From NCBI GenBank assembly GCA_965203035.1, contig OZ241858.1:2201437-2265436 (forward strand): a stretch of DNA of 64,000 nt, in the 5' to 3' direction. The position numbers and the translations under genes are program-made. The stretch comes from Candidatus Spongiisocius sp. (lineage in GTDB: Bacteria > Actinomycetota > Acidimicrobiia > Spongiisociales > Spongiisociaceae). Below are positions 19,225 through 28,286 of the stretch, piece after piece; position 1 is the first letter of the stretch; every line of letters begins with the position of its first letter. The notes under the pieces are model-generated. The model ran no database searches. It was not told the origin of the DNA and saw nothing but the letters and a program-made list of their open reading frames with translations.

Positions 19225-19273
19225 AGTTGCTAGTTGTTCCATTGGCTAGAAACTATTGACTATCAACTACCAA
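19225..19273. repeat. Heptamer hairpin element B: AGTTGCT AGTTGTT, loop CCATTGG, then four inverted degenerate copies (CTAGAAA CTATTGA CTATCAA CTACCAA).
   Basis: Same architecture and loop context as element A (TAGTTGTTCC...CTAGAAAC). The sufU stop codon is embedded. Confidence 0.8.
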
Positions 19274-19724
19274 CAAAGTTGTTAATGGCCTGTTCCAGGG
19301 TAGTCCAGGGCAGGTTGGCGCACTTGATCCGGACCGGGAACTTACGGACTCCCTGAAGTGCCTCGAGATCACCGAGTACCGCACCGGGCCGGCTCGGATC
19401 GAGCCCGGGGTCTCCGGCGCCGTCGATGCTCATCATCCCCTTGAACCGGCCGGTGACTGTTCGTATCGTCTCGATGCTCCTGCCCTTCACGGCGTCGCCC
19501 ATCATCGAACCCGATGCCTGGGATATCGAACACCCGTGACCGGTGACCCCGATCGCGGTGACGTGGTCCCCCTCGATCAGCAATTCGACCCGGACCTCGT
19601 CACCACACAGCGGATTGTTGCCGTCGGCTACCGCGTTGGCCCGCGCCAGGGCCTTCCGGTTACGGGGGCTCCGGTAGTGGTCGAGGATTACCTCACGGTA
19701 GAGATCTTCAAGCGCCATGAGCAT
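19263..19724 (-). CDS. sufU: SUF-system Fe-S cluster scaffold SufU/IscU-family protein
   Basis: Conserved Cys motifs (NPLCGDEV, GHGCSIS). Confidence 0.85.
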   Translation of the reverse strand: MLMALEDLYREVILDHYRSPRNRKALARANAVADGNNPLCGDEVRVELLIEGDHVTAIGVTGHGCSISQASGSMMGDAVKGRSIETIRTVTGRFKGMMSIDGAGDPGLDPSRPGAVLGDLEALQGVRKFPVRIKCANLPWTTLEQAINNFVGS

Positions 19725-19792
19725 CCAACGATAGAGATCGCAGCCGGTTCGCGGCGATTACCGGATCGTCGGCTGTCGGCAATCCCGGCCTC

Positions 19793-21028
19793 TCAGGCGC
19801 CGTAGAGTCCGAATATGCGGCGGGCCACGCCGAGGGCGTCCACCAGCGCGTCCACGTCCTCGGCCACGTTGTAGACATAGAACGAGGCCCGGGTCGTGGC
19901 GATCAGGCCCAGGCTCCGGAGCAAGGGCTTGGCGCAGTGGTGCCCGGCTCGGACCGCCACTCCTTCCTGGTCGAGGATGGTGGCCACGTCGTGAGCGTGG
20001 ATGCCCTCGAGGTCGAAGCTGATCGCCCCGCCCCGGTCAACGGTGTCTGCCGGGCCTTGGACAGAAAGGCCGGGAACCTCGGCAAGTCGCTCCAGGGCGT
20101 AGCCGGTGAGATCCCGGTCATGTTCCACAACGGCATGCATCCCGATGGCGGACAGGTAGTCCACCGCCGCCCCCAACCCGATCGCCTCCACGAACGGCGG
20201 CGTTCCGGCCTCGAACTTGTGGGGCACTTCCGCCCAGTCCGACTCGTGCAGGCGGACATCACGGATCATCTCGCCCCCGCCCTCGGCGGGCTCCATGCCC
20301 TCCAGCAGTTCCCTCCGGCCCCACAGGACCCCGATGCCGGTCGGCCCGAGCATCTTGTGGCCCGAGAATCCGAGGAAGTCTGCTCCGAGGGTCTGGACGT
20401 CCACAGGGGCGTGGGGGACCAGTTGGGCGCCGTCGACCAGGAGCACCGCGCCGACCTCGTGAGCCAGACCGGCGATCTCGTCCACCGGAGGCATGGTGCC
20501 CAACACGTTGGACATTCCCGACACCGCCACGACCTTGACCCGCTCGTCGAACCGCTCGCGAGCGCTCTCCATATCGAGCCGGTAGTCGTCGGTCAGCTCC
20601 ATGTAGCACAGTTCCGCCCCGGTGTGGCGGGCGATGATGTGCCAGGGCACGATATTGGCGTGATGCTCCATCACGCTGGTCAGGATCCGGTCACCGGGTT
20701 TCAGGATGTTGAGACCCCATCCGTACGCGAAGAGGTTCATCGCCGCGGTGGCGCTTCGGGTGAAGATGATCTCCTCGTCGCATGCGGCGTTCAGGAAGAC
20801 GGCCACCTTGTGGCGGGCCTCCTCGTAGGCCTCGGTGGCCTCCTGCGAAAGGGTGTAGGCGCCGCGGTGGACGTTGGCATAGGAGTTCCGGTAGACATCC
20901 ATCATCGCGTCTAGCACCTGAACCGGCTTCTGGGAGCTCGCTGCGGAGTCGAGAAAAGCCATCCTGCGACCGTTGATCCTCCGCTCCAGGATCGGAAAGT
21001 CGCTGCGTATGGCGTCCGTGTCCATCAT
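19793..21028 (-). CDS. sufS: Cysteine desulfurase SufS (class V aminotransferase)
   Basis: PLP-binding motif (SGHKMLGPTG) and the C-terminal catalytic Cys region (RAGHHCAKPL). Confidence 0.9.
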   Translation of the reverse strand: MMDTDAIRSDFPILERRINGRRMAFLDSAASSQKPVQVLDAMMDVYRNSYANVHRGAYTLSQEATEAYEEARHKVAVFLNAACDEEIIFTRSATAAMNLFAYGWGLNILKPGDRILTSVMEHHANIVPWHIIARHTGAELCYMELTDDYRLDMESARERFDERVKVVAVSGMSNVLGTMPPVDEIAGLAHEVGAVLLVDGAQLVPHAPVDVQTLGADFLGFSGHKMLGPTGIGVLWGRRELLEGMEPAEGGGEMIRDVRLHESDWAEVPHKFEAGTPPFVEAIGLGAAVDYLSAIGMHAVVEHDRDLTGYALERLAEVPGLSVQGPADTVDRGGAISFDLEGIHAHDVATILDQEGVAVRAGHHCAKPLLRSLGLIATTRASFYVYNVAEDVDALVDALGVARRIFGLYGA

Positions 21029-21783
21029 GGCGCCGGGGCGGATCGGAAGGCCTCGTATCCTTCCTCCTCGAGCCGGCGGGCCAGCTCGGCGCCACCGGAT
21101 CTCACGATCCGGCCATCCACCAGTACGTGGACGTGGTCGGGCGTGATGTAGTCGAGCAGCCGCTGGTAATGGGTGATCACCACGAACCCGCGCTCGGCCC
21201 CGGCCAGGCGGTTCACCCCTTCGGCCACCACCTGCAGCGCGTCGATGTCGAGCCCCGAGTCCGTCTCGTCCATGATGGCCAGTTCCGGCTCGAGCACCGC
21301 CATCTGCAGGACCTCGTTGCGCTTGCGCTCGCCTCCGGAGAACCCCTGGTTCACGTAGCGGTCGGCGAAGGATGCGTCCATTCCGAGCGACTCCATCGCG
21401 TCCATGACCCGCAACCGCAACTCCAGCACGGTGTAATCGACACCGGTCCGGTTGCTGAGCGCGGTGCGCAGGAAGTTGACGACCGATACGCCCGGTATCT
21501 CCTCCGGATACTGGAAGGCGAGGAACATCCCCATGTTGGCCCGGGTGGGCGGGTCGGCATCGGTGATGTCCTCCCCCTTGAAAGAGACGGTCCCGGACGT
21601 GACCTCGTAACCCGGATGTCCCATCAGGACCTTGGCCAGGGTGGACTTCCCGGAGCCGTTGGGCCCCATGATGGCGTGGACCTCGCCCCGGCAGGTCGCC
21701 AGGTCGACGCCTTGCAGGATGGGTTGCCCATCGACAGACGCATGCAGGCCTTCAACGGCCAGCAGGGGGCCAGGGTCGGTCAA
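21025..21783 (-). CDS. sufC: Fe-S cluster assembly ATPase SufC
   Basis: Walker A (GPNGSGKST), signature (FSGGERKRNEVLQMAVLEP), Walker B (IMDETDSGLD). The start is probably TTG at 21783; the ORF-track extension is rejected. Confidence 0.85.
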   Translation of the reverse strand: MTDPGPLLAVEGLHASVDGQPILQGVDLATCRGEVHAIMGPNGSGKSTLAKVLMGHPGYEVTSGTVSFKGEDITDADPPTRANMGMFLAFQYPEEIPGVSVVNFLRTALSNRTGVDYTVLELRLRVMDAMESLGMDASFADRYVNQGFSGGERKRNEVLQMAVLEPELAIMDETDSGLDIDALQVVAEGVNRLAGAERGFVVITHYQRLLDYITPDHVHVLVDGRIVRSGGAELARRLEEEGYEAFRSAPAP

Positions 21784-22094
21784 GATCGGATCTCCTGGAG
21801 AGCGAAGCGAGTGCGCGCCCCAGGCTACCCGTCCCGCTGCGGTGTCGGTAAACCAATGGACGGTTACCACCGCCGTCCACCTGAAGGGTGCCGGGAAATG
21901 TCGTCCTGCCGACGCCCAAGACTTGATTTCGGTCAGCGGAAGCCCGGCCGGATCAAGCCGTCCCCATCGACGCCCCCTCCCGGTACTGTCGACCCAAGAT
22001 CACGACTGCGAGCCGCAGCCCGGGAACCGATCGGCGGTCCCGGTACGTCATAGGGAGGAATTGGCTGATCAGATGTCCCTATGGAAGGAGCCGA

Positions 22095-24232
22095 GGATGA
22101 GAAGGCACGCATCTTGGTTGGTGGGCTTGGCCCTCATTGCCGGGGCTTGCGCTCCCGACCCGGCCACGGCGCCCCCGCCGGACGCATCGATCGTAGGCAC
22201 CACCGAACATCGGGAGCCGACGGTGGCGACGGCCGGCGGTTCTATAGCCTCGACCACCGTTCTCGACAACGCGGTGGGCCTGTTCGCCTCGGCACTGGTG
22301 GAGTTCGACTCCTGCGATGCGTTCCTCGGCCACGTCAAGGCGGAAGCAATGGAGCGCGTCGGACCCTACGGCCTGCCCGGTGCGGGCTATTTCGGCCCGG
22401 AGCTCTGGAACGGCGAGATTCTGGAAGAGGCCATGGTCGAGGAGGCGGCCGCCGACGCGTCTGACACCGCGACGGCAGCATCCTCCCCGGCACCGCAGGC
22501 CGGAGTGGATTACTCGACGACCAACGTCCAGGAGATCGGCGTCGACGAACCCGACATCGTCAAGACCGACGGAAATCGGATCCTCGTGCTGGCTCAGGGC
22601 ATCCTGTACTACGTCGACGTGTCGTCAGGTCGCCCTGACCTCCTGGGATGGTTGGATCTCTGGTCCCGGGATTCCCGGGAGGGTGAGGACGCGGAGTTCT
22701 GGCGTCACGAGATGTTCCTCGGCGCCGGCAGCGCGTTGCTGATTGCCGGCGGGCGCGGGGCGGACGGAGATCTCACCCAGGTGGTCCAGGTCGATCTGTC
22801 CGACCCCGAGAACCTGGCCGTGACGGCCACTCTCACGGTGGAGGGCAGGTACGTGTCGGCCCGCCTGGTGGGGGAACGGGCCAGCCTGGTCATCTCCTCC
22901 CGGCCGCACGAGCGGCTCCCGTGGGTATATCCCGGATCGAGGTCGGCCGAGCCGAGGGCCGAGCTGAGCAACCGGATGACCATCGAGGAGTCGACTCTGG
23001 AGGACTGGGCCCCGGGCTATGTCCGCGAGGGCACCGGCGGCGTCTCCGAAGGCCTGTTCCTCGACTGCGCGTCGGCATTCGCCCCCAAGGAGTTCTCCGG
23101 GTTCGACTTCCTGTCCGTGCTGAGCCTGGACATCGCCGGCGGTGTCGAGATCGACGCGGTATCCACCGTGATGTCAGGAGGCGACACGATCTACGCCTCG
23201 TCAACCGACCTCTACGTGGCCACCGAGCGCTGGGTTGATTGGTCCGTCCTCGATGAGGAGGAGGCGATCAGCGAAGCCGAGACCATCCGCACCTATATCC
23301 ATCAATTCGACATCGCCGGGGCGGACGGGGCCGAGTATCTCGCGAGCGGATCGGTGAACGGATACCTCCTGAACCAGTTCGCCATGTCAGAGCACGACGG
23401 CCATCTGCGGGTGGCGTCCACCAACGAGCCGCCCTGGGGTTGGTGGTTCGACGAGAACCGACCTTCCGTGAGCCGGGTTGACGTCCTGGCGAGGGATGGC
23501 CGCCAACTCCGGGTCGTCGGGTCAGTGGGCGGCCTCGGTGAGGGCGAGCGGATCTTCGCCGTCCGGTTCATCGGCGAGGTCGGGTACGTGGTCACCTTCC
23601 GCCAGACCGATCCGCTGTACACCATCGACCTGTCCGACCCAGAAGACCCCCGGGTGGTGGGCGAGCTCAAGATCCTCGGCTACTCCGCCTACCTGCACCC
23701 GATCGGAGAGGGGCTCCTGCTGGGAATCGGTCAGGACGCTGATGAGCAGGGCAGGACGCGCGGCGCCCAGGTCTCGGTGTTCGACGTGTCCGATCTGGCC
23801 AACCCGATTCGTATCCATCAGTTCACCCTCGAGGACTCGTTCTCCGAGGTTGAGTGGGATCACCGAGCTTTCCTGTACTGGGCCCCGGAGGAGATAGCCG
23901 TCATGCCGGTCAGCTGGTGGGAGCAGGATGTCCAGTCGGGCTCCTGGGATGGTCGCGCGGGCGCATTCGTCCTGTCGGTCGGCGCCGGAGGCATCCGGCA
24001 GCGGGCGACTATAGAGCACGAGATCAAGAACGCGCGCGGCATCTCCGAGGAGGAACTCCGCTACATGTACTGGTGGCTCCTGCCGATCCGCCGCTCCCTG
24101 GTGGTGGGTGACACCCTCTTTACCCTCTCGGAAGGCGGCCTGCTGGGATCGGACCTGGGGACATTCGAGCCAACCTCCTGGATCGGGTTTCAGATCCCGG
24201 ACTACGGGGTGCCGGAACCCGTCATCTACTGA
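22095..24232 (+). CDS. Secreted lipoprotein with a beta-propeller domain (Beta_propel-like family). Function unknown.
   Basis: Lipobox (LALIAGAC) at the second in-frame ATG, preceded by AAGGAG. Repeated propeller-like blocks. No catalytic motifs recognised. Confidence 0.65.
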
Positions 24233-24256
24233 GGCGGTCCGTCCCTCTTGAACCGA

Positions 24257-24287
24257 GCGCCCTGCGGTCCGCGAGACTGCAGGGCGC
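24257..24287 (+). terminator. GC-rich hairpin (9-bp stem GCGCCCTGC/GCAGGGCGC) downstream of the lipoprotein gene. Candidate intrinsic terminator with a weak U-tract.
   Basis: Perfect inverted repeat read from the sequence. Confidence 0.35.
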
Positions 24288-24340
24288 CCCCTTCCCCCTG
24301 TCCTGATCTCTGCGAACGGCAGGACAGGTAGGATTCCCGG

Positions 24341-24784
24341 ATGCCCTCCGATCCGGTCATCGCACTAGGGGCGGCGCTGATCCTGCTGGTCCTGGCCGCC
24401 GTCGGGGTGGCCGTCCGGATGGGACGCAGAAGCAACCGGGCAGATCGGCAACCCGTCTACGTCATCAACGACGCCATCGACCACGCGGTGGAGCATCTCG
24501 ACCCGGAGGTACTGGACCGGATCCGCCGCGCCGGCGCGCAACGCATCATCGAATGGTCGGTGCACTACCTTCAGGGTCTGGCGGTTCCTGCTCGCCGACG
24601 GAGGGGCTTGCGGGTGGTGGCCGGGGGAGAGGGCAACGCCATCGAGTACATCCGCGGCGAGCTGGCAGAAAGAGGATACGATTACACCCCGTCCGACATT
24701 GCCGCGGTACTGGCCGGAGAGGCGACGTACCTGGCGGGCATAGGAGCAATGGGAGAGCGGGTCGAGGAAGGGAACCCTGTATGA
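24341..24784 (+). CDS. Hypothetical membrane-anchored protein (single N-terminal TM)
   Basis: N-terminal TM helix followed by a soluble domain. Stop overlaps the next start (ATGA). Confidence 0.5.
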   Translation: MPSDPVIALGAALILLVLAAVGVAVRMGRRSNRADRQPVYVINDAIDHAVEHLDPEVLDRIRRAGAQRIIEWSVHYLQGLAVPARRRRGLRVVAGGEGNAIEYIRGELAERGYDYTPSDIAAVLAGEATYLAGIGAMGERVEEGNPV

Positions 24785-25071
24785 GGGCACGCTGCGGTCG
24801 CTGCGGCACCGGTTTCGAGGTAATGGCGCCGGGCCGCTACGCCTGTCCGGCCTGCGGTGTCACCAACGAGGTGCGCGGCCCCGCCGGCGGTCCGCCCGGC
24901 GCCGGACCTCGGGCACAGGACATGGCGCCCCCACCCCCTCCGCCCGAGGCCCCCTCCCGGAGAACCCGATGCCGTGCCGCCCAGTGTGGTTTCAGCTTCA
25001 TCGTCGGCGACGTGAACGTGGCGCCCTGCCCGATGTGCGGGACCGAGGTGCGCGTCGGGAGAGGGGTCTGA
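24781..25071 (+). CDS. Small double zinc-ribbon protein (two CxxC...CPxC units separated by a Pro-rich linker)
   Basis: RCGRCGTGF...YACPACG and RCRAAQCGF...PCPMCGT. Translationally coupled to its neighbours. Confidence 0.55.
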   Translation: MRARCGRCGTGFEVMAPGRYACPACGVTNEVRGPAGGPPGAGPRAQDMAPPPPPPEAPSRRTRCRAAQCGFSFIVGDVNVAPCPMCGTEVRVGRGV

Positions 25072-25290
25072 GTGGCCACCGGGACATCCTCGCGCCTATC
25101 CAGATTCGAGAAGAGCCGCTTTATCGGCGCCAGGGACACGATGATCGTCTACGACTGCGACGATGCCGGCCAGTTCGCCCGGCTCGAGGCCCGGCTCGGG
25201 GACGACAACCTGCTGGGTCGCAACCTGATCCAGAGCTTCGCCCCCGACACGCTGGCCGAGGCCCGCAACCGGGGATTTCGTAGTTTGTAG
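25072..25290 (+). CDS. Hypothetical small protein (72 aa, GTG start). Its C-terminal RSL* is encoded by the heptamer array.
   Basis: The ORF directly follows the upstream stop. No recognisable motifs. Confidence 0.3.
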   Translation: MATGTSSRLSRFEKSRFIGARDTMIVYDCDDAGQFARLEARLGDDNLLGRNLIQSFAPDTLAEARNRGFRSL

Positions 25291-25359
25291 TTGCTGGTTT
25301 CCAGTTGGTAGTGGCTACCTGTGCCTAACAACTGACAACTCCCAACTAACAACTAAAGA
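25281..25359. repeat. Heptamer hairpin element C: left array TAGTTTG TAGTTGC TGGTTTC CAGTTGG TAGTGGC, loop TACCTGTGC, right inverted array CTAACAA CTGACAA CTCCCAA CTAACAA CTAAAGA.
   Basis: Read directly from the sequence. Stop codons of the convergent ORFs on both strands lie inside the arrays. Confidence 0.85.
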
Positions 25360-25445
25360 ACTCCGAGCAGGAACCAGGCACCCACCCCCACCAGTATCAC
25401 CATGGCGGTGATCAACGCCGCGATGATCAGGTACCTGGTAGGCAT
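25353..25445 (-). CDS. Possible 30-aa single-TM hydrophobic peptide (MPTRYLIIAALITAMVILVGVGAWFLLGVL)
   Basis: Manual minus-strand translation. Too short for the ORF track. Its stop TAG is the first unit of the minus-strand heptamer array. The SD is weak. Confidence 0.25.
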   Translation of the reverse strand: MPTRYLIIAALITAMVILVGVGAWFLLGVL

Positions 25446-25530
25446 GCCGGGAGGGTAACCATGAGTTTGCCCGCTCCGTCCGCACCGGCTAATTGTCAGC
25501 GGCGGGTCGCCACTAGGCTGGGCGCTTCCC

Positions 25531-26934
25531 TTGGCGAACCGGAGAGTCGCATCTGTGTATGACGTAATCGTGATCGGCGGTGGCCCGGGCGGCTACGGCG
25601 CCGCCCTGTTCGCGCACAACTTCGGACTATCTGTGGCTCTGGTCGAGAAGGACGAGGTGGGCGGCACCTGCCTGCTGCGCGGATGCATACCGGCCAAGAG
25701 TTGGCTCCAATCGGCCGAGGTGTATTCGACGGTTCGCTCCGCGGGGGAGTTCGGAGTGGTGATCGGGGAGGCATCCTTCGACTGGCCGAAGGCGCTGGCG
25801 CGCAAGGACCGCATCGTGAACGGCCTGGTACGGGGCCTGTCCGGCCTGCTGAGGATGCGCAAGGTCGAGGTCGTCAAGGGCGCGGGCCGGATGGCCGGAC
25901 CGGGAAGGGTCGAGGTCGACCAGGACGGATCAACCCGTGTTCTGGAAGGCCGGAGCGTGATACTCGCCACCGGATCGGCTCCGATCGAGCTACCGGCCTT
26001 TCCCTACGACGGAGTGAGGATCGTCAGCTCCGATCATGCACTCGACTGGACCGAGCGGCCCGACCGGGTGGGAATAATCGGGGGCGGGATCGTGGGATGC
26101 GAGTTCGCCAGCCTGCTGGCCGACGTCGGGAGCCAGGTGGTGGTCTTCGAGATGCTGGACCAGATCATCCCCGGCTTCGAGCCGGCCGCCGCGCGCGAGC
26201 TCCAGAAGCAACTGAGGCGCAAGAAGGTGCGGTTCTTCCTCGAGGCGGCGGCGAGGGTCGACAACTCCGGCGACCATCCCGTTCTCCTGGGCGGGACCGG
26301 CGCCGCCGAGCAGGGAATCGAGGTTGACGCAGTGCTGGTGGCGGTGGGGCGACGTCCGGTCACCGAGAACCTGGGGCTGGATACGGTGCGGGCCGAGACC
26401 GACCGGGGCTTCGTGATTGCCGATCGGGAAACCATGCAGACCGCCGAGCCGGGTGTGTTCGCGGTCGGCGACATCGTGGCCGGCACTCCCGGTCTTGCCC
26501 ATGGCGCCTTCGCCGAGGCCATCGCCGCCGTCACCTTCATAGCCACCGGGAGACCCCGTCCGGTCGACTACCAGGCCCTCCCGAGTGTCGTCTACACCCA
26601 CCCTGAGGTGGCGTCCGTGGGACTCACCTCGGTCGATGCGGCCGCCGGGGGAATCGAGGTCGAGGAGCACGACCACTCCTTCGTAGGCGTGGGCCGGGCC
26701 CGCATCATCGGGAAGAACCAGGGATTCGTGAAGATCCTGAACGAGGTCGGTGGGCCTATCGTGGGCGCCACCGTGGTGGGACCGCAGGCCGGCGAGATGA
26801 TCCACGAGTTGATGTACGCGGTGGGCTGGGAGGCCCTTCCGGAGGAGATGGCGGCGTTCATACATGCCCATCCCACCCTGAGCGAGGCGATAGGAGAGAC
26901 CCTGCTGTCCTCGTCCGGTCTTTCCCTTCACTGA
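25531..26934 (+). CDS. lpd: Dihydrolipoyl dehydrogenase (E3)
   Basis: FAD motif (GGGPGGYGAA), redox-active disulfide (GGTCLLRGCIPAK), NAD motif. Confidence 0.9.
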   Translation: MANRRVASVYDVIVIGGGPGGYGAALFAHNFGLSVALVEKDEVGGTCLLRGCIPAKSWLQSAEVYSTVRSAGEFGVVIGEASFDWPKALARKDRIVNGLVRGLSGLLRMRKVEVVKGAGRMAGPGRVEVDQDGSTRVLEGRSVILATGSAPIELPAFPYDGVRIVSSDHALDWTERPDRVGIIGGGIVGCEFASLLADVGSQVVVFEMLDQIIPGFEPAAARELQKQLRRKKVRFFLEAAARVDNSGDHPVLLGGTGAAEQGIEVDAVLVAVGRRPVTENLGLDTVRAETDRGFVIADRETMQTAEPGVFAVGDIVAGTPGLAHGAFAEAIAAVTFIATGRPRPVDYQALPSVVYTHPEVASVGLTSVDAAAGGIEVEEHDHSFVGVGRARIIGKNQGFVKILNEVGGPIVGATVVGPQAGEMIHELMYAVGWEALPEEMAAFIHAHPTLSEAIGETLLSSSGLSLH

Positions 26935-26975
26935 GTCCACGGATGAGGCCCCGAACCCCGGAAAGGTAAAGAAAC

Positions 26976-28286
26976 ATGCCAACCACAGTGTCCATGCCGC
27001 AGTTGGGCGAGACGGTGACGGAGGGCACCGTGCTCCGGTGGATGAAGCAGGTGGGTGACTCCATCGCTCGCGACGAGGCCATCGTCGAGATCTCCACGGA
27101 CAAGGTCGACACGGAAGTTCCGTCGCCGGTGGCCGGTGTGGTCAGCGAGATACTTGTCGGAGAGGGTGACACGATCGAGGTTGGCACGGCCATGGTGGTG
27201 ATCGCCTCGCCGGACGAAGACTCGACGGCCGCACCTTCCGTGGGGGTCGAGACGCCCGACTCGGAGGAGGGGGGTGTGCCCCGGTCGGCGGCCGCTCCGG
27301 TTGCCGCTCCGGCCCTTACACCTGCGCGTTCCGACCGGCCCGGGCCCCGCAAGTTCCTGTCGCCGGTGGTTCGCCGCCTGGCCCGGGAGCACGACATCGA
27401 CCCGAGCGTCATCGACGGCACCGGGCGGGACGGCCGGGTGACGCGCAACGATGTGCTCGCCTACATCGAGAGCATGAAGGCGAAGCCCGAACCGGCGCCC
27501 GCGCCACCGCCCGATCCGTCCCCGTCCCCGGCCCCGGCCCCGGCCCCGGCTGATCCTGTCCCCCCGACCGATGAGCCCGCGAAGCTCAGCCGGCTGCGGG
27601 TGCGAATCGCCGACAACATGGTCGCTTCCCTGCGAACCGCCGCCCACGTGTGGACCTCGATGGAGGTCGACTACGAGCAGGTGGAGAGGGTGCGCCGGGC
27701 CCATCGCGAGTCCTTCCGCCGGCAGGAAGGGTTCTCGCTCACCTACCTGCCGTTCATCGCCCGCGCCACGCTGGACGCCCTCCGGGCCTTTCCGGTGGTC
27801 AACAGCTCTTTCGACCAGCAGGGGCGCACCGCCACCTTCCACCAGGATGTCGACCTCGGCATCGCCGTCGACCTCAACCAGGATGGCCTGATGGTGGTCA
27901 CCATCCGGAAGGCGGATGACTACTCGGTGAGAGCCCTCGCCAGAAAGGTTCGCGACCTGGCGGTACGCGCACGCAGCGGTCGGGTGGGCCCCGGTGACGT
28001 ATCGGGTAGCACCTTCACGATCACCAACCCCGGACCCTACGGATCGTTCATGTCGGTCCCGATCATCAACGTTCCCAATGTGGCCATCCTCTCGACCGAC
28101 GGGATCGCCAAACGCCCCAAGGTGATAACCACGCCCGATGGAGCGGACGCCATCGCCATCAGGCACCTGGGTTACCTCGGCCTGTCGTGGGATCATCGAG
28201 CCTTCGACGGATCCGTCGCGGTCCTGTTCCTGCGCCGGATAAAGGAAAACCTGGAGAACTGGGATTGGGAACAGCAACTGATCTAG
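26976..28286 (+). CDS. Dihydrolipoamide acyltransferase E2 component (lipoyl domain, E3-binding domain, catalytic domain)
   Basis: Lipoyl-lysine motif (EISTDKVDTEV), Pro/Ala-rich linkers, and a catalytic C-terminus (DHRAFDG). Confidence 0.9.
   Translation: MPTTVSMPQLGETVTEGTVLRWMKQVGDSIARDEAIVEISTDKVDTEVPSPVAGVVSEILVGEGDTIEVGTAMVVIASPDEDSTAAPSVGVETPDSEEGGVPRSAAAPVAAPALTPARSDRPGPRKFLSPVVRRLAREHDIDPSVIDGTGRDGRVTRNDVLAYIESMKAKPEPAPAPPPDPSPSPAPAPAPADPVPPTDEPAKLSRLRVRIADNMVASLRTAAHVWTSMEVDYEQVERVRRAHRESFRRQEGFSLTYLPFIARATLDALRAFPVVNSSFDQQGRTATFHQDVDLGIAVDLNQDGLMVVTIRKADDYSVRALARKVRDLAVRARSGRVGPGDVSGSTFTITNPGPYGSFMSVPIINVPNVAILSTDGIAKRPKVITTPDGADAIAIRHLGYLGLSWDHRAFDGSVAVLFLRRIKENLENWDWEQQLI

Noticed and set aside
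21632-22094. N-terminal 150-aa extension of the beta-propeller lipoprotein ORF, and the listed N-extensions of rpsT, sufC, the agmatinase-family gene, nitroreductase and rpsA
   Set aside because: The extensions run through intergenic or promoter DNA and lack homology. Internal starts give canonical protein N-termini (lipobox, S20 MPHTKSQEK, SufC LAVEGLHASV).
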